Shown in pieces: positions 21,601-34,082 of a stretch of 64,000 nt of DNA; position 1 is the first letter of the stretch, and every line of letters starts with the position of its first letter. The DNA lies in NCBI RefSeq assembly GCF_006345805.1, contig NC_043010.1, positions 59,148,001 to 59,212,000 on the forward strand. Direction: 5' to 3'. A program made the translations under genes and the position numbers. The notes below the pieces were generated by a model, which was not told the origin of the DNA, ran no database searches, and worked only from the letters and a program-made list of their open reading frames with translations. Source of the stretch: Octopus sinensis (lineage: Eukaryota).

Positions 21601-22739
21601 ATGCCTGAGATCCTAAAATTCTGGTTATGCTTCATTATGCTGGGCCCTGTCCCTCTGCCCTCCACCCATCCATCCCTCCTCAGTACATATTACATCCCCT
21701 AATCCTTTGTGTTTACCAGTTACTTGCCACCATTCCCAATTTCCACCCCACATTTTCATTATCATCCTTTCCCACACTATGCTCCCTGATCCCTTCCTTT
21801 CTGCTCTTCTGTTATCTGCCCTCCTCCCCTATTGTACTTGATCTTAACACTTCTCATATCTGCCATCACTCTTAACACCCTCTCATATCTGTTACCATGG
21901 TCACTTAGAGTAGCCATCCTTACGTACTTCTAGATCTCCTCCTCTCTGCTCCTGCTCCTTATCTCTTACTTCCTGATCCATCCCTGAGACACCTCTATCT
22001 CGACCAATACCCATACTTCCTTACCCCAACCAATACCCATACTTTCCAAACGGCATACCTCCATCCCTGTTCAGCACTTACTAAACTCACCTGTACCCCA
22101 CTTTCTAATTACCTCCTGATCCACTGCCCATACTGACTAGATCCACTTCTTTCTGGTTATTCCTATTCACCCTTATACAATGTGAGGTAGCCTTATATAT
22201 TCACTATAGTAAGGCACCTGTGCTGGTCCCTCTTCTTTAACTTCTCAACAATTGGCATAAATCCATCTCTCCCCACTGTCAAATACCCCCCCCCCCCACA
22301 CACACACACACATGTAGCCAAGGTGACTTTTTTCCTATTCCTTTTCTTGTTATTTTCCTGTCTTGCAACCTCATTAGTGTCAGTGGCACAAAAAATGCAC
22401 CCAGTACAGTAGTACTAACACCAACTACTCTGTAAAGTAACTACTAGCACTAACACTAGCAGTAATACTAACACCAACTACTCTGTAAAGTAGCTGGTGT
22501 TAGGAAGGACATCTAGCTGTAGAAACTAGATCAAAGCCGACACTGGAGTGTTATGCAGCCCCATCACTTATCAGATCCTGTTGAACCACCCAACGTGTGC
22601 TGGCATAGAAAATAGTGATGATGATGAGAATGAGAATGGTCAAAATATCTAGTAAGTATAGTTAATTAAGATATAGAGGAAGGTGTGTCATACCCAATGA
22701 TTGATGTAGCAGTGTCATTGTAAACTGCTTTAAAGGCAA

Positions 22740-23830
22740 ATGAGATGGCTTTGAGCAAAGAAACTCTAGAGAAATCAGACAATTGAATCAGCTCAAGAAA
22801 GTCACAGAGAAAATGATAGCATGATTAATCCCAGACCTAGATGAGACACACTTTGGTTTGTGCCCAGAAAAAGCACCACTGATTTATTCTTCCTAATGAG
22901 CCAACTGTAGGACAAATACATAGCTAAGATTGAACCATCTTTCATGGTTTTCATTGACTTGGGAGGTAGCATCGTATATTCAATAATTTGGAGGTCACTA
23001 AAGGAACTTGGCATAAATGAATGGCTGATGAAAGCTCTACAGGTTTTATACAAAGATGCTGTAAGTGGGAATCAACAACAATTGAAATTATGAATTTAGC
23101 ATGGAGGCAGGAGCTCTTCATTATCAGTCCTTATCCCCCTCCAATTCATCATTGTCCTGTTGGCCATCACAGAAAAATTTTAGACTGGCTCCCCATAAGA
23201 ACTCCTTTATGATGATCCAGTTCTCATTGTTGAATTTACAGTGTAATTAGAAAGAAATTCTAGGCATGGAAGTTAAATCTAGAATTAAGAGGCTACAAAG
23301 TAAATTTTAACAAAGACTAAAGTGGTTCTAGTAAATAGGAAAGAAGACAGGACCCAGGTACCTTCAAATAAAATTTCTTTACTTGACATACAGAAAAAGT
23401 GTTGATATAAACTTGAAATGCTGTAACCTGTGTAAGATATAGGCACACAAAAAGTATAGTGGAATCATAGGCACTCTAACAGAGAAAGTGAGTTTCATGA
23501 GCACATCAGAAATAGATTCTTTTAAATGTTCAGATGGGTCACTAGAAGCAGCCACAAGCTTTTGTCACCTTTGAGACATAATTAGCAGGGAAGGTAGTTA
23601 CTCTGAAAGAATAGTAACCATGTTAAGAGTGGGTAGGAAAAAGTTCAGGTAACTAATATTACTGCTGGCAACAAAGGTGTTTTCCCTCAGAGTGAAGGGT
23701 AGATTGCATTACGCTACTGTTAGAGCTACGATACCCTATGGCAGTGAGACAAGGGCTTTCAGAACTTGAGAAGACTGGAAAGAAATGAAACCAGTTTGCT
23801 CCATTGAATGTGCAAAGTCAGTGTACACAA
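22740..23830 (+). mobile_element. Decayed RTE LINE fragments
   Basis: Homologous to 11620-12560 (RT region and the RVGRKKF-like block). Boundaries approximate. Confidence 0.55.
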
Positions 23831-25044
23831 TGACAGAATACAGGTGTCATCATCATCATCATCATCAGTGTTTAATGTCCACTTTTCATGCTGGCATGGG
23901 TTGGACAGTTTGGCTGAGGACTGGCAGGCCGGGAGGCTGCACCAGGCTCCAATCTGATCTGGCAAAGTTACTACAGCTGGATGGTCTATCTAATGCCAAC
24001 CACTCCGAGAGTGTAGAGGGTGCTTTTTACGTGCCAGTCAGACAGCACTGGCAGTGACCATGCTCAAATGGTGCTTTTTATAGATACACACACACATATA
24101 CACATACATATGCATACATATATATATATATATCTACACATATACATATATATATATACACACACACATATATATGTATATGTGCATATATATATGTGTG
24201 TGTGTGTGTGTTGAAAGAAAAATTGGAAATTAGAGGAATGAGATGTAGTGCACAAGTAAAATGGACTGCACTGGTACAGATATATGATGCATATGGATGA
24301 GGACATCCGAAAAAGAAGTGCCAATGTCTTAAGAGGAATGGAGCTTGCTACAAGGGGACAGGGAACAGGCTTATCTCAGAATCCTGAACCTCTTGAAGCA
24401 CAATGTGCATCATACACAAGTGGCCCCCACTCATCCCCATCACCCAACATCTTTTTCACTTCTGTGTTCTGCTGCTGTAAATAATTCTGAGCAGAACTGC
24501 TTACTCCACCAACTTTCCCCTGATACCACTTATGTTCTTCTCTACCTGGAATCATTTCACATGATATCCACCATTCATTCTTGACACTGTCCTCTCCACC
24601 CACATTTCACACTGATCACTCACCCAAGTCACCATTTTATCTCTCTTTTCATTGTCCCCATGCAATATGCTTGCCTCTTGCAACCTGCCCAACCACACAT
24701 CATCATCTCTCTCTCTCTCTCTCTCTCGTTCACTCTCTCATTCTCTCACATCCTTCTGTCAACTGTATTATTTTTATTATACTACTCCCTATCCTGACTT
24801 ATTCTGCACTGTCTCCATGGGCTATGCTTAAGTCTTGTTAGTGGCATGAGAAAACACACCCAGTGCATTTCTATAAGTGGTTAGTGAGAGGAACACATTC
24901 AACCTTGGTAACCAGGCCAAATGGCTTACATCAGGATCACCCATACCAGAATGGAGGACAAATGTAAAAGGAGGATGGTGATGATGATGATACTAGTGGC
25001 AGTGTCTGTGCTACAGGGGAATTATTAGCCACTCTAATAGGATC

Positions 25045-25091
<47 letters not shown>

Positions 25092-26628
25092 TCCTGGGAC
25101 CTTGAAGACTGCTTTAATGCAAGAAAGTATACTAGTCCCTTAATATTTGATATTCAGTATTTCATCTATTCAATAAGACAATCAATACTTCATTTCATTT
25201 TACTATATATACTATTTATACTATATATTCTATGTTCTACATTAATATTATAAAGAATATAAATAAAATTGGAATTTCTTTGACTAATATATATCCCTCT
25301 ATACACAATCATACAAACCCCTTATATATATATAGACATTGCAGGGAAACAACTTTAATGAATCCACTAAAACATGCCCATTACTTTTCTCTGTGAAATG
25401 AACCAAAAAAAGTTTTGTTTTTAATAACATAAACTAACACTTCTACTTTTTCAAGTATTTCATGTTTCACAGATTGTTCGTCCACCACTCAACCTACAGT
25501 AGACATAATAAGTTATCATTCTTCAATTAAATGTAGTTTTTGATCTTCTGAATGGCTTCTCAGAGTCTCTGTAATTAAAGTAAGCCAGTTATATGTAAGC
25601 TGCTGACCTGGCGACCTGGCCTGAATGTTTGCAATTAAGGTAACTCTTGTTGTGACAGACAATTAAGAGCAAGGTAGTTAAACCAAGTGGGAATTAAGCC
25701 TACTTGGAAATATTTGGTTGTTAATGAAGTAGAATAGCTGAGCAGTCTCCTTAAAGGTATAAAACTGTCATTTGGAACTTTGGAGAATAGCTGAAACTTT
25801 GGGTAAAGCAACTATTGATTTGGAATTCAGTATAGATTCTTTCTTCTTAGTGATTCCTTTTTCTCCTTTTAATAAGAATCAGAAAGTATATTAGGGGACA
25901 GAAGGATCTCCGGTATGCAGGTAATGCATTATGTATTGTATAGCCTTCCAGAGTGTGAAAGTGGAAGAGCAATGGAACTGAATGTAAATATAATCAGCTA
26001 TTGATATTTGTAGGAACCTTTAGAATATAATTACTTCAATCTTTATGCTGATTATGAAGAAAGCAGGTAACAACAATTTATCATTGCATTGGTGGTATGA
26101 CAGAGTGATGTAAACAATCTGATAGAGTATTTTGACAGTTGTGTTGGTTAGGGTAACAGATTTGAAAAATTACACGACAACAGATCACTCATAGTCACAT
26201 GTATAAAAGTAATAATAACGAGAATCTGTTTAACTCTTACTAATCAGAATTCAGCATAAAAATTACATCATCTTGGAAAATTACATTATCTTGTTACAGT
26301 TTTATAGGTGAATCTTTTGTATGAGTCCTAATAATTCTGCTCTAAAAATATTTAATCCTAGCTTTGGTGATTCAGATGTTACGGAGTACATAATGGTTTT
26401 GTCTTACAGTTTTAAAGAAACATTGACAATTACATTATTCATACATGCTTTGCTATTCATATATGAAATAATACATTCATATAATTCTAATTTTATAATA
26501 ATTTCATTTTTCAAACTGTGGTTAATTTACGATAATATCTAACCAAGTAAATGTGCTTCTGGTTTTAGGTTCAATCCACCAAAACATCTGATATATTTAA
26601 AAAGTAACAACAGGCAGCAGCAACCAAA

Positions 26629-29600
26629 ATGTTCCTGTCATTGTCCATTGTACTGTCAATGGTCCACTGTGTGCTGACCATAGACCTTACCTACCATGTG
26701 GAAGAAGAGAGAAGTCCAGGAACATATGTAGCAGACATTGCTGCCGATTCTAAACTTTTAGACAATGTTAAACCATCTGACCAACATTTGATAACATTCA
26801 GTCAATTCAAACGAAAGGTGGCACAGTTATTTAACATCACCAAAACAGGTAAACTGTACACTGCTCAGACACTGGATGCAGAAGATCTCTGCACATTCAA
26901 CAAAGAATGTTCCAGAACTGTTAAAGTTATTATAAAGAAAGTGGATAGTTTCACAAAAATATTAAAAGTCAAAATAGTAATAGAAGACATTAATGACCAT
27001 GAACCGGAATTTCCAGAAAAACAAATCACTCTACAATTTAGGGAAGGTGATGGGAGAGGAAGGAAAAAGTCGATTCCAAATGCCATAGACAAAGATGTGA
27101 GTTATCAAAATTCTTTCATTGAATACAAACTTAAAAAATCTGATGACTCATTTTCCCTGTCAGTGTCTAAAAGAGCTGATGGTATTTCCTCGTTAAATAT
27201 TGTTTTGAAAGAAAAATTAGACCGAGAGATGAAAGCGAAATACAATTTAGAAGTTATTGCTAAAGATGGAGGTTCTCCATCTAAACAGAGTGTGTTAAAT
27301 GTTGAGATTGTTGTCGAAGATGAGAATGATAATCCACCTGTATTTTCAAAACCCCTTTATAATATTTCAATTAGAACCACACACGACAAGACAAAACCTA
27401 TTCTTACTTTGTCAGTGACAGACAAAGATATTGGATCCAACAGTAAAATTACTTTCCATTTCAGCCCCAAAACTTCTGATTTGGCAAAGAAATATTTCGA
27501 ATTGGATAAAAAGACTGGCAAAGTATTTTTATCTAGAATTTCTAGTTTGAATGAAAAAAATACTTTTGAATTATTTATAGAAGCCAGAGATGGAGGCAAT
27601 CCCCCAATCAGTTCTATTGCAACAGTTTTAGTAAATGTTATCAATCAACACAACAATCCTCCATCTATTGATATTGATTATGTTTCTGCGATCAGTGACA
27701 ATACAGGTACCATCTCTGAAAAGATCAAAGTCGGTAGTTTCATTGCTTATGTGATGGTCACTGACAATGATGTGGGACAAAATGGAGAGGTCAGCTGTGA
27801 TATCAAACATGATACATTCAAACTACAGTCAATGGGATCTAAAGAATATAAAATCATTCTAAACAAACCAGTGGACAGAGAAACACAAGGACACTATAAC
27901 ATTCCTGTCTCCTGTCAAGATAAAGGATTACCTCCTCTCAAAAGTGTTAAAAGCCTCTCTATCCAAGTGACTGACATCAACGATGTACAACCACAGTTTA
28001 CCAAAGATACATTCCAATTCCTCACCTACGAAAACAAAGATAAAGACTTCCCTATTGGTTTTGTCAATGCCACTGACCCTGATCTTGGATCTGCTGGACA
28101 ACTCACATATTCTCTGCTGCGTAAAGAAAAATCCAATCTCCATTTCTCATCACCAGTTATGGCTTCATTTCAGCGACCATGTCATTGGACAGAGAGAAAC
28201 AAGATGTGTATAAGTTTGAGGTTTTTGTCAAAGACAATGGAAGCCCATCTCTGAATGACACAGCGAATGTTGTTGTTGAGATTCTAGATCAAAATGACAA
28301 TGCTCCGTATTTTACATATCCTAGTAGTGACCCTTACACGCTAAATGTGCAGTACCATCCGCAGAGTAAGAGTGACATCACAGTTTTGAGAGCGTCTGAT
28401 GGGGACAGTGGAAACAATGCTTTCCTCAGATATGCAATCGTACAAGGAAATGATAAACAGTTGTTTAGTATGAACTCACACAGTGGTGCTTTATCCTTCT
28501 CCAGACAAGTTTATCTAAATGATGCTGGAAGTTATGAGCTGGTGTTTGTTGTTAAGGACAGTGGTAGTCCAGTTCAGTCGTCAACAACTAGTGTCACTTT
28601 GGTATTGGCTGTTAGTAACGAGACATCACCAATGTCGAAGAGTGGACCTTTACAATCTTCAGGTCGGGTCCATATGACATGGGTTATTATCATTGTATCA
28701 TCAGCAGTAATAATATCAGTGGCTATTGTTGTTTCTATAACGCTGTGTATTATGAAATGTATTAAACACAGAGATAACACAGCTGCTACCACAAAGAATA
28801 CAGCCTACCAAGGTAGAGCAGAGATGAAACAATTGTTGTATCAGACTAACACTTCTGTTGCTATGTCGAGGAATGCAGAAGAGATGGTGAAGCGGAATAT
28901 CTATTCTGAGAGATCCAAGAGTGAATGTTATGCAGAAGGTCAGCTACAGAACAAATATGAATCTTCAGTTCAGTCGAGAACTTTACCAAAACCTACCCCA
29001 GTAAGTGGAAACATTACATTTTCTCTCTGTAAAAGTGAACAATGAAATCTCTTTGAATATGTTTTAACTCAATAATACATTCCAATATTAAATTGTTCTC
29101 TTTCCATGTTGATTGTAACTTCCATTGTTTGGTGTCTTCTCACATTTCTTTCTTGTTTGTTTGTCAACAGAAATACTGTCAACCTGTTGTGGTGACATCA
29201 AGTGATGATGCTGTGGAAGATAATGCTACTATGGTTTGTAACTATACATCAGATACAATGTCATCCAAGAGAAGTGGTAGACAAGGAGACCTGAAACATT
29301 ATGAAGAAATACCAGGAGTGTCAGGTTAGTAACTATTAAATATACTGTCAGTTGTGAAGAATTCATTTCAACAGTTTACCCTCAAGTTTCTGGGGAATAT
29401 TTTGTGTCAACAATTTCTGGAATAAATCTGTTTTATTTATTATTTATCTATTCTTAACTAATGAGATAACAAGTTGCTCAAATTTTCAGTTCATAAACTC
29501 CAGAATATATGTTTTATTATAATATATTATTTGTTACTTTCTCATTAAGCAATTAATTAATGAAATCTGCAAGTCTGTGATTTTGTAATGCATGTTTCCA

Positions 29601-29690
29601 ATCTAAATTCCAGATCAAAATTTATATAAGAATAATGATGCAACTACGTCGAAAGAGTCCAGTGAAGAAACTCCAGTCAAACATGTATAA
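26629..29690 (+). CDS. Protocadherin G2 (most divergent EC2-EC3), with a 1-bp frameshift at ~28140: pseudogene or consensus error
   Basis: Exons are 26629-29000, 29171-29324 and 29614-29690, with the acceptor at 26567-68. AATCTCCATTT replaces the AATCTCCCATTT seen in the other copies, which splits the ORF into 26629..28254 and 28179..29045. The rest of the frame is intact. Confidence 0.85.
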
Positions 29691-30184
29691 TACTTTACTT
29701 TGTGTAAATACAACACATAGACTCTTCAGTACACACACACACACACACACATTTTGCTATATACTCTATAAGAATATACATTAAGTAATATTTTCTTTTT
29801 TCAAATTATCCCTGGATTATAAAATAATGTTTTTATATACAATTTAAGAATCATCGTCATCATCATCATCATCAAACATCTGTTCTCCATACTGGCACTC
29901 AAAATTTAGTATTTGTTATTAAGTTTAATAGTTTTGGACATTTTACATGGTTTATCATATTTATTATGTCCATTAAAAAATTTATGTACTTCTAATCAAG
30001 ATGGTATAAATATACACAAAGGAGATTTTTATATGTTAGTGGCAAAGTTTTGTTGCATCTTTGGAGTAATATCGAGTAGAAAAGTTACAACTTATGCTCG
30101 GAATGACTGTAGGAAAGCACGATCATCGCAGCCTATGTGATCATGTTTTTCATAAAAAGGAATCAATGTCAAGAGAACATCTTC

Positions 30185-30218
30185 ATTGGTCTTCTGTCAC
30201 GATCATTCAACCAATCAG
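30185..30218 (+). promoter_or_regulatory. Putative promoter P3 paired CCAAT boxes
   Basis: ATTGG at 30185 and CCAATCAG at 30211. Confidence 0.6.
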
Positions 30219-30411
30219 ATTCTCACTGAAACATAGAAAGAAATTACTGACTAAGACTACCATCCACATTACTGATGTTATTAAACCAGACACTTATGTT
30301 TAACAATAGAATATTACAGTTATATAAATTTATATCTATATATTTAAATAGTCATTGATACCAGCAAACAAACATCATCTTTAAGGATAAGTACATGTAG
30401 AATATTATCAG

Positions 30412-30615
30412 ATGGACGTACTCCCACAAAACATACAACTTCAGTGACACATGCAACCCTCTCCTAGCAGCAGACTCTCTGCCTGACGTGCTACACTACT
30501 CCATCACCATAACAGCCATTGTCACACCATTACAGCAGCACTTACAATGGATCTTTCTACAACAATACATCTTTCTCTTTCTCACTGAATAACCAATGAT
30601 ATAATTATTAAAAAG
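30412..30615 (+). other. Leader exon copy 3 (to G3)
   Basis: Same 204-nt block. Donor GTAAGT at 30616. Confidence 0.75.
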
Positions 30616-31579
30616 GTAAGTTTCTATTTAACTTTTTTATAATCTCATTTGATGCAATAAATCTCATGCATGCTTAAGATAGTATCCTAACATATTTAAT
30701 ATGAACAAGAGAACAAAGAGATTGAACAATAATTCATCCATATTTTTCAGTAGTTTTGTCCGTGTCATTTTATCTCAGAAATAATTGAAAGCTATCTTGT
30801 TGAAAATGTTTCATAGACTTTACTTTGCATGGCCAAATATATCTAATGTATTTATAAGGTAGGTACTGTGTAAATGATGGATTAGGATGTCTGGTGTGTA
30901 ATATTAAGAAATACATGACTGTTTATGATGGGTAGATTGTCAGTAGTGATGTCTTGATCTAAAATACATGCAAAACGTTGGCTGGTGTAGGTTTGAAAGA
31001 TTTTTGTTTTCACAAACTTAGATTATTATTTAACTACAGGGATAAAATTTATTTTAAATATATTTATTACTTAATTATCTTAAATTATAATGTCAAGGGT
31101 TAATGGCAGACAAAGTATGTTTTAGAGCTCATAAGAAGCTGTTTGTTATTTTGCCCCAGGTCAGCCTTACTTTAGTAAGTGGAGGAAACTGAGAAAATCT
31201 GAAGAAAATCTGAAGCAATTTGCTACAGTGTGTTTAATGTGTTTATTAGTGTGCAGGTTGTTAGCATTGATGTAGTAGATTTGTGTTAAGGATGGTAGCA
31301 GACATGAAATATTCAGAAAGGACTCGTAATGGTGAAGGTGACGATACAGTGAAACAGACCAGCTCCATTTGGAGTTGATGAAATAAAGACAATATCAGTT
31401 ATAAGCTTTATGTTTCTTTTAAAGTTGATATGTATAGAAGCTTTTGTGAAATATAATTATTTCAATCAGTCTTCCCACTTTGATTTTTTTAATGTAATTT
31501 TCTATATAATTTCATTCCTATATTTTGTTTTTGGATTTGGTTTGCAAGATTCTTTATATGAGTTCGTGTGTTGAAGCAT

Positions 31580-31781
31580 ATTCTGTTGTGTCTGGGGAGA
31601 GTCATTTTCTCTTTGTGCCTTATAATATAACACACTCAGCGGTAAAATTTCCACTTTTTTATTATTTCTATTTATTTATTTTTTTATTATTATTTTTTAG
31701 AAAAAAGTGGAAATTTTACTGCTGAGTGTGTTATATTATAAGGCACAAAGAGAAAATGACTCTCCCCAGACACAACAGAAT
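31580..31781. repeat. 81-bp near-perfect inverted repeat with 40-nt AT-rich spacer
   Basis: Arm 31580-31660 is the reverse complement of 31701-31781 except at one position, which is a G:U pair in the + strand RNA. Confidence 0.95.
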
Positions 31782-32573
31782 TCACTCCTATATTTTTCAA
31801 TCATATTTTATTCTATCATCATCATCATCGTTTAACGTCCGCTTTCCATGCTAGCATGGGTTGGACGGTTCGACTGGGGTCTGGCTAGCCCGAAGGCTGC
31901 ACCAGGCCAGTCAGATCTGGCAGTGTTTCTACAGCTGGATGCCCTTCCTAACGCCAACCACTCCGAGAGTGTAGTGGGTGATTTTATGTGCCACCGACAC
32001 AGGTGCCAGACGAGGCTGGCAGACGGCCACGCTCGGATGGTGTTTTTTATGTGCCACCGACACAGGTGCCAGACGAGGCTGGCAGACGGCCAAATCTATA
32101 TTTACCAATATTCTGTTGTAAATTTATATTTCAATTATTTTGTGAACCGTTATTACTTTGTCAGTATATATACATTGTATGTATAAAGTTACGTTGAATA
32201 TCATCATCATCATCATCTAGTGTCTGTTTTCCATACTGGCATCAGTAAGATGGTTTAATTGGAGCTGGTAAGCCAGGGAGCTGCACCAGGTTCCTGTTTG
32301 TTTTAGCGTGGTTTCTACAGCCAGATGCTCTTCCAAATGCCAGCCATTCCACAGAGTGAACTGGGTGTCTTTTACATATTACCAGCACGGGTGTCTTTTA
32401 CATGTCACAAACATGGGTACTTTTTATGTGTCAATGGGTGCCTTTTATGTATCACTGAAATGGGTGCTTTGCACGTGTCACTGGCACTGCACACAACTAC
32501 AATTTCATTTAGCTTCATACGTCTTCTCAAGCACAGCAAATCACCAAAAATTTTGGTCTTTTATACATTTTTT

Positions 32574-32706
32574 ACATTATTTACATTTGACGGATATTTG
32601 TCCTCATCTTGTTTGTTGTTAACACAACGTTTTGGCTGACATACCCAAAACATTGTGTTAGCAACTGACAAGATGAGGATAAATATCCATCAAATGTAAA
32701 TAATGT
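32574..32706. repeat. 62-bp imperfect inverted repeat with 9-nt loop
   Basis: Arms 32574-32635 and 32645-32706 with about 6 mismatches. The ORF track shows the same peptide (TLFTFDGYLSSSC) on both strands. Confidence 0.9.
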
Positions 32707-32769
32707 ACATAATTCCTCACCTCTTAAATGCAGAACGGTATTGTTTCGGTCTTTTGTCATCACCTCCAT

Positions 32770-33290
32770 GAGACTCTACATCCAAAGATCGTATTTCACC
32801 ACCTCATCCCACAGGTTCCCTCCACACTTCTTTGTGCAGCTGTCCTCATCCCTACACATCACATGACCATACCAGCAGTTTTCTCTCGTGCACACTACAT
32901 CTGATGCCTCTTCTACCCAACGTCTCTCTTAAGACACTTACAGTCTGTTGTACGTCCACACTGACAATGCACATCCAGCAGAGCATACTTGCTTCATTGC
33001 TTTCAAGCCACACTGACCATAGCTGCAGGCTGGTGAGTTTGTGGATGCTGCTAGTGAATTGTGTGCATCAATTGGTGCCTTTTGATTGATTTTCCTCCAA
33101 TCAAACAGTCCCTACCTTACTCTGGCTGAGTTTGCTGGAGATGTCCACTACTGCCTCTCTCTCTCCTGGCTCATCTTGCAAGACAAAATATCATACCACA
33201 GCAGCAGTTTTGAGCCATATCTTCCCGAACATAGATCGCCACTGACCAGACATGATTTTAAAATTTGCAGTATGAAGGACTTATTCCTTT
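32770..33290 (-). mobile_element. Decayed RTE LINE C-terminal fragment
   Basis: The reverse complement gives GAAGCAAGTATGCTCTGCTGGATGTG..., homologous to 12490-12560. Confidence 0.6.
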
Positions 33291-34082
33291 GTATCAACAT
33301 CATCATCATTTAACCTCCCTCCATCTTATCATGGGGTGGATGGTTTGGCAGGAGCTGGCCAGGCTGGAGCCTGTGCCATGCTTCTGAGTGTGTTTTGGCA
33401 TGGTTTTTACAGCTGGATGCATTTTATATTAATACTTGCCTCCACAGACCATCTTTAATTTCCTCAAGCAATACTGTTTCACTTTACATGCTACAGATTG
33501 GCATGTTATCCAAAGGAAGAAACCTCTCTGATATCTTAATCTATAATATAAATTGGACATGGGCGATCATTGTATTCTTTCTTGTCTTGAGGTTCAAATC
33601 CAAACGGCTGGGTGGATTCGCGTGAAAAATGGCATACATATGGAGATGGGTGTATAGATTGGAATGCAGTTTGTATTTTTTACACAGCCCCCATACTTAC
33701 CGAGAAAATCGATTAAAACTTTTCTAATGGAATTTCCCTCTTTCTTCTGCCATTAAAACAACCAGTTGCTTAGAAGCTGTTTTCTGACAGGATGGGGTCA
33801 GGAAATTTTCATACAGCTGGAAGCTCCAATCAAAACAAGGGACCCAAAATAATAAGGTTGAGAAACGCTGTTATAGATTATGCCTAGTCGAAAACGATCG
33901 TAGCCACATCATCGAAACAGACTGGGTGAAACCGGGCTCAGCTGTTAGTGCCATATAAACTGGGATAATTCGCAATATACAATGATATGTCCCAATAATG
34001 GACATGGATTAAAAGATAAAAAAGAAATTATTGTATAACCTCACTGTCAGTATCAACTAGTAAGTCTACCAATTATATTATA

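Noticed and set aside
25500-26230. Possible Penelope-like RT relic on the minus strand (and GIY-YIG-like relic at ~43565-43843)
   Set aside because: Only vague motif resemblance in heavily interrupted frames; not supportable without a profile search.
33857-33870. hAT-type terminal inverted repeats (GTTGAGAAACGCTG here; GGGGTGGGCAAC at ~53825)
   Set aside because: No matching partner TIR or 8-bp target duplication was found, so no element could be delimited.
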